A DNA stretch of 64,000 nt from an uncultured Eubacteriales bacterium (GTDB lineage Bacteria > Bacillota > Clostridia > Oscillospirales > CAG-272): the NCBI GenBank assembly GCA_934378145.1, contig CAKXXW010000003.1:13512-77511 (forward strand), given 5' to 3'. Positions 19,889-29,716 of this stretch are shown piece after piece. The notes below the pieces were generated by a model. That model saw only the letters and a program-made list of their open reading frames with translations. It did no database searches and was not told the DNA's origin. The translations under genes were made by a program, and so were the position numbers. Positions within the stretch are counted from its first letter, which is position 1. Every line of letters starts with the position of its first letter.

Positions 19889-20065
19889 ATACGGTTCACT
19901 TCCTTATTTTTTTATACGGTCATAGTATGCCCGATAAGTCATACAATAAGCAAAAAGGGAACCATATAGCTCTCCCGTAGGATTTTTTCATATGTAAAAA
20001 ATGCACATAACGGCGGCTCCGGATTGTGCAAATGACCGAAAGTTTATGCAAAGCCGAAGAAAAGA

Positions 20066-20094
20066 TTGATTCCGGACGGAAAATATGCTATAAT
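20066..20094 (+). promoter_or_regulatory. Sigma-A type promoter upstream of the first solute-binding protein gene
   Basis: TTGATT (20066-20071), 17-nt spacer, TATAAT (20089-20094). Confidence 0.55.
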
Positions 20095-20161
20095 GCCTTG
20101 TATGGTATCGTGCAATGCTGTATCCAAATATAAGTCCTTAAAGGAGGATGTTCGCAAGATC

Positions 20162-22078
20162 ATGAAAAATCGTATAGCAGCCATAGCACTCTGTCTGATA
20201 ATGCTCGTTCCTCTCTTCGCCTCGTGTTCGGGTGAGACGAACGATTCGTATCTGCAGATGTATATTTCCCATCAGGTCTATGACCTTGACCCGCTGAACG
20301 CTTTTACGAACGACGCTCAGCTCAAGATAGTCAGCCTGATATTCTCCGGACTTTACAAGATAGACGAAAACGGAAAGGTGACGGAGGATCTTGCGCAGAG
20401 CCTTACCGTTAACAACAATCCGTCGAAAAAAGAGTATAAGATGGAGATCACCCTGAAGGACACCTATTGGAGCGACGGTCAGTCGGCGATCACGGCAAAC
20501 GATGTCCTCTTTACATTCGAGCGCGTACTTAAATCGCAGAACAACAACGACGCCGCGGCGCTTCTTTACAAGATAAAGAACGCAAGGGATGTCAAGAGCG
20601 GCGAATGCTCGATCAGCGACCTTCGCGTTTACGCCGATAACAAGGTCGTTACGATCTATTTTGAGGACGAGATAACCGACGCGGATGTCGAAGAGTTCAA
20701 GATGAACCTCACAAGCCCCGCGCTCTTCCCGCTCCGCTCGAACCTTGTCGACGGAAACCTTAAGATAGACTGGGCAAAAAAGAAGTCCACCATGGCTTGC
20801 AGCGGACCCTTCATGGTCTCGAGAACGAACTATGTGAACGGCAGAAAGACGCTCCAGCTTGAGCGCAACAGCTTCTACTTCCGCAACAGGGAGAAGGATG
20901 CCGAAGATAAGTATGTTCTTCCCCGCAGGATCATCATAAACTATGAAGAGAGCGCGGAAAATCAGGTCAACCTTTACAATCAGGGTCAGGTCCTCTTCCT
21001 CGGAGAGATCCCGCTGGCGCTCAGATCCGAGTATGCCTCGAAGGCGAAGGTAACGCAGGGCATCTCGACTCATACATACCTCTTCAATCAGAACGCGGTC
21101 ATCAAGTCGACGAAGGCGGGCGAAACCGAGGGCGTAAAGCTCTTCGCCGTCAAGGAAGTGCGTCAGGCGCTCTCCCTTGCCATCGACCGTCAGGCGATAG
21201 CGAATCTCGCGGTCTTCGCCGATCCGGCGACTGGACTCCTCTCGGATAAGATCTATACCGATGCGACGGCAAAGAAGCTCTTCCGCAAGGATGCGGGCGC
21301 GCTCCTCTCGTCATCCGCCGATCTCGATGCGGCGAAGAAGCTGCTCGCCGACGCGGGGATCAACCCGTCCGATTATTCCTTCACCATCTCGGTCCGCGCC
21401 GGCGGCGGCATGAACGACGCGGGCGGTGATGTCGAAAACAGCAAGCCGACTGTCGATAAGACGGCGGGATTTGCCGACGGCTTCGAGCTTCACAAGGCGA
21501 TAGCCGAAAACATCGCGCAGGTGTGGCACGACGAACTCGGATTCAATGTAACGGTCAAGCCCGTTACCACCGAGGAAAAGCAGGACGGCGAGGTCGACGG
21601 TACCGGTGAGACTCAGAAGGACATCGTCGACGACCTCTTTGATGAGGATTACAAGAACGGAAACTTCGAGGTCATGGCAATAGACCTCGTACCGAAGGCT
21701 CCCACGGCGTTTGCGGTGCTGGCACCCTTCGCCTATGATTTCACGGGCAACCGCTCGGTCGACGGCAGAAACACCGTTGAGACCACCTATGTCACCGGAT
21801 ACAACAGCGAAGCGTATAACGAACTGATCGAGAAGGCATTCGATGCTGCCGACGAATCGGAGAGGGCAGAATATCTCCGTCAGGCGGAGAAACAGCTCCT
21901 TGACGACGCGGCTGTGATGCCCGTTGTGTTCAACAAGACCGCAGTGCTTGTTTCCGACAAGCTCTCGAAGGTCGGGATGACATATTACGGCACCTTCAAC
22001 TTTACGAAAGCAAGACTCAAGGCGTGGCAGGATTACAAGAACGCCTACTTCCCCGAAGAGACCACCGCAGCACAGTGA
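20162..22078 (+). CDS. ABC transporter substrate-binding lipoprotein, family 5 (peptide/nickel type)
   Basis: Lipoprotein signal MKNRIAAIALCLIMLVPLFASCSG, then SBP_bac_5-like sequence (LDPLNAF...AQSL..., LERNSFYF). I chose the start at the ATG at 20162, not the upstream ORF start. Confidence 0.7.
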   Translation: MKNRIAAIALCLIMLVPLFASCSGETNDSYLQMYISHQVYDLDPLNAFTNDAQLKIVSLIFSGLYKIDENGKVTEDLAQSLTVNNNPSKKEYKMEITLKDTYWSDGQSAITANDVLFTFERVLKSQNNNDAAALLYKIKNARDVKSGECSISDLRVYADNKVVTIYFEDEITDADVEEFKMNLTSPALFPLRSNLVDGNLKIDWAKKKSTMACSGPFMVSRTNYVNGRKTLQLERNSFYFRNREKDAEDKYVLPRRIIINYEESAENQVNLYNQGQVLFLGEIPLALRSEYASKAKVTQGISTHTYLFNQNAVIKSTKAGETEGVKLFAVKEVRQALSLAIDRQAIANLAVFADPATGLLSDKIYTDATAKKLFRKDAGALLSSSADLDAAKKLLADAGINPSDYSFTISVRAGGGMNDAGGDVENSKPTVDKTAGFADGFELHKAIAENIAQVWHDELGFNVTVKPVTTEEKQDGEVDGTGETQKDIVDDLFDEDYKNGNFEVMAIDLVPKAPTAFAVLAPFAYDFTGNRSVDGRNTVETTYVTGYNSEAYNELIEKAFDAADESERAEYLRQAEKQLLDDAAVMPVVFNKTAVLVSDKLSKVGMTYYGTFNFTKARLKAWQDYKNAYFPEETTAAQ

Positions 22079-22080
22079 AT

Positions 22081-22110
22081 TGATTTAATTTACATAAATC
22101 AAATTTTTTT
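22081..22110 (+). terminator. Weak AT-rich hairpin plus T7 between the two solute-binding protein genes (possible partial terminator)
   Basis: TGATTTA (22081-22087) / TAAATCA (22095-22101), followed by TTTTTTT (22104-22110). The stem is only 7 A/T-rich bp. Confidence 0.3.
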
Positions 22111-22123
22111 CAGGAGGAAAACC

Positions 22124-23650
22124 ATGAAAAAGCAAACGCTTGTAAGAATCCTTGTCTGTATGCTGATCCTTGCAATGATCGTGCCGATCGCCGCCTGCAC
22201 GCAGACGGGCAATAACGGAGGAAACGGTACGACGACTGCGGACAACGGCGAAAACAGCAATACGCCGTCCAGCAGTGATGACAACGGTCAGGTAACGGAC
22301 GCGCCCGTAGTCCCCGAAGATGTCAGATATGACGGTCAGGTCATAAGGACCCTTTTCTGGAGCGATGTTGAACACAACGAATTCGACATCGAAGCCGCCG
22401 ACGGAGACGATGTAAACAACGCTCTCTGGAACCGCAACAACAATGTTGAGGACCGCTTCGGCATCACCCTTGAGTGGGTCGGTGAAAAAGGAAACGGCGA
22501 CAACATCGGTAACTTCAACAACAAGATGAAGGCTATCCACGAAGGCTCGGACAACGAAAAGTATCACATGTTCGCTACATATTCGATCACCGCAACCACG
22601 GCATCGGTCAACGGATACTGTAAGAACCTTCTGTCCGATGATTGCGAATACCTTGATTTCTCGAACGAATGGTGGCCGAAGAACCTTATCAAGCAGATCA
22701 CCTTCGGTGACAACCTCTACTTCGCGTCGGGCGATATTTCGCTGAACACCCTCTACATGATGTATGTCTGCTATGTCAATACCGATCTTCTTGCGGCACA
22801 TCAGCTTCAGAACCCGCAGGAACTTGTCGGAAGCGGCGAATGGACTTACGACAAATTCTTCGAGATGTGCGAGAACATCTATGAGGCAAGCGGCGATAAT
22901 AAAACCGGCACCAAGGCAGTCGGCGATACCTTCGCTTACATGACGAGAACTATACATGCCGACCCGTGGTTCTACGGCACCGGTGCCCTCATCTGCTCCT
23001 ACAACAGTCAGGGCAAGCTCACCGTATCGAACTCCATGAAGAGCGATGCGGTCGATGATACGATCAAGAGACTCAGACACCTCTTCTACGAGACCAACGA
23101 CGGTATCTATACCTCAAAGGTATATCATCAGAAGGAATTCGCAGCCGGACACCTTCTCTTCATGACCGACCGTGCGCGCGTCAGCTTCAAGGTAATTGCA
23201 AAAGAAGAAAATCCGCCCGCTTTCGTCATCGTTCCTTGCCCCAAGTACTCTGCGGGTAAGAGCAGCTACTCCACCGTTATCGGTAACCCCTTTACCTTCT
23301 ACGGTATTTTTGAGCGTTGCGATGAGCCTACGAAGGCTTCCGCAGTCATGGAATACTATGCATACGAGAGCTGGAAGGAAGTCACTCCCGTTGTTTACGA
23401 GCGTACCCTCAAGGGTAAGTATGTTGACGACCAGAAGTCGCGTGAAATGTACGACATAATCAGAGAAAACCTTGTTTTCGATATCGGTCGTATGTACAGC
23501 GAACAGCTCGGCGATAGCCAGAGTTACTTCAAAAAAGCAATTTCCTCAACCACAGATGTCAACTGGAAAGCGGAAGTAAAGTACGCAGAGGAAGTTATCA
23601 ATCCTCTCTGTAATAAGATCCAGGAAAAGCTCGAGAAGGGCAGCAAATAA
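22124..23650 (+). CDS. ABC transporter extracellular solute-binding lipoprotein, family 1 (large sugar/oligosaccharide type)
   Basis: Lipobox MLILAMIVPIAAC followed by an N/G/T/S-rich linker. The ~500-aa length is typical of LplA/YtcQ-like sugar-binding proteins. Confidence 0.6.
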   Translation: MKKQTLVRILVCMLILAMIVPIAACTQTGNNGGNGTTTADNGENSNTPSSSDDNGQVTDAPVVPEDVRYDGQVIRTLFWSDVEHNEFDIEAADGDDVNNALWNRNNNVEDRFGITLEWVGEKGNGDNIGNFNNKMKAIHEGSDNEKYHMFATYSITATTASVNGYCKNLLSDDCEYLDFSNEWWPKNLIKQITFGDNLYFASGDISLNTLYMMYVCYVNTDLLAAHQLQNPQELVGSGEWTYDKFFEMCENIYEASGDNKTGTKAVGDTFAYMTRTIHADPWFYGTGALICSYNSQGKLTVSNSMKSDAVDDTIKRLRHLFYETNDGIYTSKVYHQKEFAAGHLLFMTDRARVSFKVIAKEENPPAFVIVPCPKYSAGKSSYSTVIGNPFTFYGIFERCDEPTKASAVMEYYAYESWKEVTPVVYERTLKGKYVDDQKSREMYDIIRENLVFDIGRMYSEQLGDSQSYFKKAISSTTDVNWKAEVKYAEEVINPLCNKIQEKLEKGSK

Positions 23651-23665
23651 TTATACCCAATAAAT

Positions 23666-23701
23666 AAAAAACCTTCCGGAGATTTCTCCGGAAGGTTTTT
23701 T
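23666..23701. terminator. Bidirectional intrinsic terminator between the SBP gene and araD
   Basis: AAAAAACCTTCCGGAG-ATTT-CTCCGGAAGGTTTTTT. Confidence 0.85.
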
Positions 23702-23705
23702 ATGT

Positions 23706-24383
23706 TCAGTTGTCGGAATGTTTTCTCTTGAAATGAAGGGTCAGAAGATCCTGCTGCATCGGGACACCGCATTTTGCGAGCTGTAAGAGCTCTGTCTGAA
23801 ACGCCATCTGCGCGATGCCCTCAAGCACTATTGCCGATTCGACGGCGTCCGCGGCATCCTTTCCCCAGGTGAAGGGGCTGTTCGAGTGAACGAGAACGGC
23901 GTGTAGCAGGTCATAATCGAGGTCGGCGAATGTCTCGGCTATCACAAGCCCCGTGTGACGCTCGTAATCGGAGGCTATCTCGTTCGGGGTCATCTTCCTT
24001 GTGCAGGGAATGATCCCGGGGAAGAAATCGGCGTGCGTCGTACCGTAGGGCTTTATCCCGCGCCCCGCCTGCGCGAATGAAGAGGCGTAGAGCGAGTGCG
24101 TGTGCGCGATGCCGCCTATGTTCGGGAACGCCTTGTAAAGCTCGATGTGGGTAAGGGTGTCGATAGAGGGCTTCATCGCGCCCTCGACGATATTGCCGTC
24201 AAGGTCGACGACGGGGAAGTCTATCGCGGACATCCTGCTGTATGCAACGCCCGAGGGCTTTATTACGACAAGTCCGCGCTCGCGGTCGATCCCGCTGGCA
24301 TTTCCCCAGGTGCCTATCACGAGGTTCCGCTCGGCAAGGCACATATTGGCTTCATATACCTGCTTTTTGAGATTTTCAAGCAT
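23706..24383 (-). CDS. araD: L-ribulose-5-phosphate 4-epimerase (class II aldolase fold)
   Basis: Collinear with E. coli AraD: MLENLKKQVYEANMCL...TWGNASGIDRERGLVVIKPSGV...THIELY...GGIAHTHS...HADFF. Confidence 0.85.
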   Translation of the reverse strand: MLENLKKQVYEANMCLAERNLVIGTWGNASGIDRERGLVVIKPSGVAYSRMSAIDFPVVDLDGNIVEGAMKPSIDTLTHIELYKAFPNIGGIAHTHSLYASSFAQAGRGIKPYGTTHADFFPGIIPCTRKMTPNEIASDYERHTGLVIAETFADLDYDLLHAVLVHSNSPFTWGKDAADAVESAIVLEGIAQMAFQTELLQLAKCGVPMQQDLLTLHFKRKHSDN

Positions 24384-24412
24384 TGTTTTCTTAATTCTCC
24401 CGAGATAAAAAA

Positions 24413-25522
24413 TTATTTTTGCAGGAAAAGCTCCGAGTATATCTCGAGCTTTTCTTCATCATTCAGTACATAGGGGCTGTTCCCGAAATTTTTCGCGTCC
24501 TTTATGAGCGAGACGCGCTCTTCTATCCCTTCGGCAGTCATCGAGAGCTTCACTCCGGCAAGCGACGGGATGAGGTCGGCGATATCCTCCGGCGAAGAGG
24601 TGCCGAGCGCCTCACGGCAGAAGTCGCCGAGGAGCTTTTCACCCGCAGGGACTTTCAGGTTGTATCCGATATAACTTTTGTAGAAGGCGGCGCAGGCAAA
24701 GCCGTGCGGTACACCGTCAAATGTCGTGAGCGAATAGCCCAGCGGGTGCGGGAAGCCGGTACCTGTGATGCTTATCGCATATCCGGCGGCGCAGGCGGCG
24801 AGCTGAAGCTCTTCGCGCTCCTTTTCGCCAAAGGACACGGGACGGTCTTTTATGATGCTCCAGATGCTCTTCGCAGCGAAGACCGCCGCCTCGCGCGAAG
24901 CTTCGGTCGCCTTCGGAGAGAGGTAGGATTCGGTCGCGTGTGCGAAGGCATCAAGGACACAGCTCAGCGCCGTGCGGTAGGGAAGCGACGCCGTATAGTT
25001 CGGGTCAAGGAAGGATACGCGCGGAAATTCGGAGGCGAAGGACTTTTTCACGAGTCCGCCGGGAAGGGTCAGCACTCCGGTGGCGTTTGCCTCGCTCCCG
25101 GTGCCCGAGGTGGTCGGGATCGCGACAAGCGGGAGCGGCGGGGCTTTCTTCAGTGACTTATCGAATATTTTTTCGCCGTCGAGCTGAGGGTTTTTCGCAA
25201 AAAGGGCAACAGCCTTCGCCGCGTCGAGCGCCGAGCCGCCTCCGATGCCTATCACGAAGTCGGCAGAGTCGGCGGCACATTCGCGTCCGCCCTCCATGCA
25301 CAGCTCAAGCGGAGGATTTTCGCGGCTTTTGTCGAACAGGGTGTATCCGATCCCGAGCTTTCCGAGTGCCGCCGTGACATCACCGAGCGCTCCGCAGGCA
25401 GCGGCGCCGTGCCTGCCGCATACGATAAATGCCCGCTTTCCGAGGGCGAGCGCCTTGTATTCGCGTCCGATACAGCCTTTTCCCCGTATGATCTTTACGG
25501 GCATTCCTGACATAATATCCAT
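24413..25522 (-). CDS. Iron-containing (group III) alcohol dehydrogenase
   Basis: GIGGGSALDAAKAVA dinucleotide-binding motif and IPTTSGTGSE, with later H-rich metal ligands (FPHPLG). Confidence 0.8.
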   Translation of the reverse strand: MDIMSGMPVKIIRGKGCIGREYKALALGKRAFIVCGRHGAAACGALGDVTAALGKLGIGYTLFDKSRENPPLELCMEGGRECAADSADFVIGIGGGSALDAAKAVALFAKNPQLDGEKIFDKSLKKAPPLPLVAIPTTSGTGSEANATGVLTLPGGLVKKSFASEFPRVSFLDPNYTASLPYRTALSCVLDAFAHATESYLSPKATEASREAAVFAAKSIWSIIKDRPVSFGEKEREELQLAACAAGYAISITGTGFPHPLGYSLTTFDGVPHGFACAAFYKSYIGYNLKVPAGEKLLGDFCREALGTSSPEDIADLIPSLAGVKLSMTAEGIEERVSLIKDAKNFGNSPYVLNDEEKLEIYSELFLQK

Positions 25523-25705
25523 GGAAAGTCTCCTTCCGGCAACTTTATTTTCCGTAAAATTATATCACTTTGCCGCCGTCGTGTCAAGGATAAACGCATT
25601 TGCCGCGCTATAAATGCGTTTATTGACAATTTGACCTTTATTTTTCCGAAAATATATGCTATAATAATAGTAATTGCGATAATGGCAGGGAAGGAGGCGG
25701 TCAAT

Positions 25706-28180
25706 ATGAAAAGAAGCGCGGCGTTTTGGGCTGTGATCCTTGTCTGCGCGCTGATATTGCCGAACCTTTCGGTGCTTACGACCCTTGCCGCGGATGAAGA
25801 CAGCGGACTTATCGGCAAGGGCTTTGCCGTCTCCGCCGCATCCGGCAGCCTGCCGGGGAGCATCTCGTCCTGCGTTTACGATATGAAGACCGGCAGGGTG
25901 AGGATAAAAGGCTCGCTCTCGACCTCTGCGGTGCGCGATCACGCCGACTGCACGATAGCGATCTTTGCGCTCGACACCGGCGAGGAGGTCGGAGATATCG
26001 AAAAGGGCAAGCTCATCCCCGTACTGTCGGGGATCTCCATGACGACCCTTATCTCGGTCGACATCACGCCGAAGTCGTCCGAACTTTTCCTTGCGAGGTG
26101 CGCAAGGTATGTTCTGACTATCGAGACGAAGGGCGGGACCTATATAAGAGTCTCGGATCCCTCCGTTCCGTCGGCGAAGACCGGAAGGCTCGATATCGGC
26201 TTCAAGGGGATAGAGAGCGTAAGGCTCGCCTCCGATCTTCGTGCCGAGGCGGGGACCGTCATAGTCGAGGTCAATACCGACCGCGTCATCAGCACAGGCA
26301 GCGGCGGGTACCTTTATACCGTCTTCGGAAAGACTGTGAGGATAAGCAAGGAATACCTTGCCGAGATAGACACACGGGTGAAGATACTGACCGGTGCGGG
26401 CGCCGATGTGCTTATAAGGCTCGTCCGACGGGGAAAGGCCAAACCCTATGCCGTGAATGCCGTCACCGATACCGACGGGAGCTTTGAGGCGTATGTCTGC
26501 GCCTCCTTCATCGCGTCAAGGTATTCGGGCGGAGAATACGGTAAAATAAGCGGCTTTGTTGCCGGTAAGCGGGTCAACGATACCGCCGCGGTGAACGATG
26601 CCGGCGGGCTCGGAGATCCCGAGTATGTGAAGGCTTACTATGAATATCTCCGTGCGGTCGCGGCGGCGATCGACGACACCGGAAGCGGGATATCGCTGAT
26701 CCTTCCCGTTTCGTCCGACTGGACGGTGAGCGAAAACGGCATATGTGCGGAGGATTTTCTGACCGCCGTCGCCGAGCAGGCGAGCCTTTACGGCAGTCCG
26801 GACTTTTGCGTTATGATAGAGAGCGAACACAACCCCTGCGGGATGAACAATGATATTACCGAGCGGATCGACGGAGTGAGCGATACCGACTCTGCGGATG
26901 ATCCTTCTGCAGACTCTGCCACGGATGCTTTTGAACCTTCCGATCCCGCGGAGACCGCCGGGGAAGACTCCGGATCCTCCGAAAATGCCGAAGCTTCCGC
27001 GACCGAAGAAGCCGCCGAAGCTCTCGAAGCCGACGGAACCGGCGAAGTCATCGCGGAGCCTTCGCCAAAGCCCGCCGACAAGAACAGCGGATATATCTCT
27101 TCGGAGAACCTGTCGGTCGCGACGGCGTTCCTTATCTCGCTCGCAAGGAAGTACGGGCATGTGTCAGAAGCGCTGATATACCTTTGGGAACCCGACCGTG
27201 ATACGACCGGGAATGCACTCTCGGCGTCTTATGTCTACAATTATTACAGGCTGTATGCCCAGAAGGAGAATGTTTCCTCGTTCATCGTATCCTTTGCGGA
27301 GAAGGAGAACGCGGGCGATACCTACGCCGCTAATGAGCTTATCCACAGGATACGATATATCGATGTGAAGGGCGCCGACGAATATGTCCGCGCCGACGAG
27401 GTGCTGAAATACTTCGGACTGTTTGACTGGAGAGAGGTCATATCCGATGAGGACAGGCAGAGGCTTGCCTCAAATGTGATCGGCGGCGGGGATTTTCTCC
27501 GCACGGCACCGTCGGGGATAAAGGGGACATATATCTACTTCGATTTCAGGTCGACCGTGGGACTCAACGGCTGGTACGCCGGTACCGGATGCAGCTCGGT
27601 CGCTCTCGACCGCGACGAATACGGAAGGGCGCTCGTAGCCGGCTTCAACGGTGAGGGCGAGGCGCTCGGCGAATACTGCTTTGCGGCTTACGGCTACAAA
27701 TACGAGGAGAGCTTCCGCTATACCGACTATATAGCCATAGAGTTCTCGGTCGGTGACCGCGGCAGCGATGAAAAGGAGTACGAGATACTTCTCAAGCTCG
27801 GCGGAGACGGATTTACGAACGAATACAGGGGCGGCGGCTTTGTCGCCGGAAAGAAATATACTGTCTACATTGATGTGTCGTCTATGACCTCCGACAATGT
27901 TGTGCAGTACCTTCGCATCGGTGCAAAGGGTATCGAAGGCACGGAACACGATTATTCGCTGAATATCTATTCCGTGAAGGCTCTCAGCACAAAATACAGT
28001 AATGCCGAACTCGGCGACAAGATAGCGGAGGAACGCGAGAGGATAATGAACGACGACACCGACAGCGGTACAGATCCGCGCGCCGTGGTCCTCACGATCG
28101 CAGTTATCGCGCTCACCGCCGCGGTTATAGTCCTCACCACAGTGCAGGGACGCAGAAGAAAAGAAAACGAAAAAGATTAA
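25706..28180 (+). CDS. Large secreted protein with a C-terminal membrane anchor; function unknown
   Basis: Signal peptide MKRSAAFWAVILVCALILPNLSVLTTLAADE after AAGGAGG. An acidic low-complexity linker (DSADDPSADSATDAFEPSDPAETAGEDSGSSENAEASATEEAAEALEADGTGE). C-terminal TM AVVLTIAVIALTAAVIVLTTV followed by QGRRRKENEKD. Confidence 0.6.
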   Translation: MKRSAAFWAVILVCALILPNLSVLTTLAADEDSGLIGKGFAVSAASGSLPGSISSCVYDMKTGRVRIKGSLSTSAVRDHADCTIAIFALDTGEEVGDIEKGKLIPVLSGISMTTLISVDITPKSSELFLARCARYVLTIETKGGTYIRVSDPSVPSAKTGRLDIGFKGIESVRLASDLRAEAGTVIVEVNTDRVISTGSGGYLYTVFGKTVRISKEYLAEIDTRVKILTGAGADVLIRLVRRGKAKPYAVNAVTDTDGSFEAYVCASFIASRYSGGEYGKISGFVAGKRVNDTAAVNDAGGLGDPEYVKAYYEYLRAVAAAIDDTGSGISLILPVSSDWTVSENGICAEDFLTAVAEQASLYGSPDFCVMIESEHNPCGMNNDITERIDGVSDTDSADDPSADSATDAFEPSDPAETAGEDSGSSENAEASATEEAAEALEADGTGEVIAEPSPKPADKNSGYISSENLSVATAFLISLARKYGHVSEALIYLWEPDRDTTGNALSASYVYNYYRLYAQKENVSSFIVSFAEKENAGDTYAANELIHRIRYIDVKGADEYVRADEVLKYFGLFDWREVISDEDRQRLASNVIGGGDFLRTAPSGIKGTYIYFDFRSTVGLNGWYAGTGCSSVALDRDEYGRALVAGFNGEGEALGEYCFAAYGYKYEESFRYTDYIAIEFSVGDRGSDEKEYEILLKLGGDGFTNEYRGGGFVAGKKYTVYIDVSSMTSDNVVQYLRIGAKGIEGTEHDYSLNIYSVKALSTKYSNAELGDKIAEERERIMNDDTDSGTDPRAVVLTIAVIALTAAVIVLTTVQGRRRKENEKD

Positions 28181-28202
28181 GGTCTTACCGAAAGGAGATA
28201 CT

Positions 28203-29654
28203 ATGAAAGACATAAGCAGAAACCTTACGATGCTCTTCGACTTTTATGAGCTTACGATGGGGAACGGGTATTTTGAGAAGGGAATGGGTGACAGGATAGT
28301 TTACTTTGACCTTTTCTACCGTGACAACCCCGATCACGGAGGCTACGCGATCGCCGCGGGACTTGAGCAGATCGTCGATTACATCAACAAGCTTCATTTC
28401 GACGACGACGATATTGAGTACCTCAGATCGAAGAAGCTCTTCTCGGAGAATTTTCTCGCATATCTGAAGACCTTCAGCTTTACGGGTGACATCTGGGCTG
28501 TTCCCGAGGGCACCGTGGTCTTCCCGGGTGAACCTCTCATCACCGTCCGTGCAAGGGCGGTCGAGGCGCAGTTCATCGAGACCTATATGCTCTGTATGAT
28601 AAATCATCAGTCGCTGATAGCGACGAAGGCTTCAAGGATAGTCCGTGCAGCCGACGGCAGACCGGTCAGTGAGTTCGGCTCGCGCCGTGCGCAGGGAGCC
28701 GATGCCGCGATCCTCGGCGCCCGTGCAGCTTATATCGGAGGCGCATCAAGCACCGCCTGCACGATAAGCGACGAAGCCTTCGGTGTTCCCGCGTCGGGAA
28801 CCATGGCACATTCTTGGGTGCAGATGTTCGACAGCGAGTATGAGGCTTTCCGCACTTACTGCGAGGTATATCCCCACGCCGCGACTCTGCTCGTCGATAC
28901 CTACAATGTCCTGAAATCGGGTATCCCGAACGCCATACGCGCCTTCAAGGATGTCCTTCTGCCGCAGGGCATCACGAAATGCGGGATAAGGATAGATTCG
29001 GGAGATGTGACCTACCTTACGAAAAAGGCGAGGCGTATGCTCGACGATGCGGGACTTTACGAGTGTAAGATCGTCATTTCCAACTCGCTTGACGAGTATC
29101 TTATCCGTGAGATGCTCCAGCAGGGCGCGCAGATAGACGCCTTCGGTGTCGGCGAACGCCTCATCACGGCGAAGAGCGACCCGGTCTTCGGTGCGGTCTA
29201 CAAGCTGGCGGCTGTCGAGGACGAAAACGGCAATGTCATCCCGAAGATCAAGGTCAGCGAGAACCCCGGAAAGATAACTACTCCGCATTTCAAGAAGACA
29301 TACAGGCTTTACAGCAACGAGAGCGCGAAGGCGGAGGCAGACCTTGTCTGCATCCACGACGAGCATATAGACATCACAAAGCCGCTCGAAATATTCGATC
29401 CCGAGTACACATGGAAGCGCCGCACGATGGAGGACTACACCGCGAACGAGCTGATGGTGCAGGTGTTCAGGGGCGGAAAGCAGATCTACAAGCTCCCGCA
29501 TCTTGACGAGATCCGCGACCGTTGCAAGGCTTCGCTCGGCAGTATATGGGAAGAGGTTCTCAGATTCGAGAACCCGCATAACTATTATGTCGACCTTTCG
29601 GAGAAGCTCTGGCAGCTCAAGCACGATATGATAAACGAATACAGGAACAAATAA
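28203..29654 (+). CDS. pncB: Nicotinate phosphoribosyltransferase
   Basis: 483 aa. FYELTMGNGYF, GTMAHSWVQ and RIDSGD motifs of the NAPRTase family. Confidence 0.88.
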   Translation: MKDISRNLTMLFDFYELTMGNGYFEKGMGDRIVYFDLFYRDNPDHGGYAIAAGLEQIVDYINKLHFDDDDIEYLRSKKLFSENFLAYLKTFSFTGDIWAVPEGTVVFPGEPLITVRARAVEAQFIETYMLCMINHQSLIATKASRIVRAADGRPVSEFGSRRAQGADAAILGARAAYIGGASSTACTISDEAFGVPASGTMAHSWVQMFDSEYEAFRTYCEVYPHAATLLVDTYNVLKSGIPNAIRAFKDVLLPQGITKCGIRIDSGDVTYLTKKARRMLDDAGLYECKIVISNSLDEYLIREMLQQGAQIDAFGVGERLITAKSDPVFGAVYKLAAVEDENGNVIPKIKVSENPGKITTPHFKKTYRLYSNESAKAEADLVCIHDEHIDITKPLEIFDPEYTWKRRTMEDYTANELMVQVFRGGKQIYKLPHLDEIRDRCKASLGSIWEEVLRFENPHNYYVDLSEKLWQLKHDMINEYRNK

Positions 29655-29657
29655 AAT

Positions 29658-29695
29658 AAGGGAGACGGCTTTCCGGAAGGAAAGCCGTCTCCCTT
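29658..29695. terminator. Hairpin terminator shared by convergent pncB and thrS
   Basis: 17-bp stem AAGGGAGACGGCTTTCC / GGAAAGCCGTCTCCCTT. A U-rich tail is present on the thrS (minus) side. Confidence 0.75.
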
Positions 29696-29716
29696 AGTCT
29701 GTGATATTTTCTTTTA

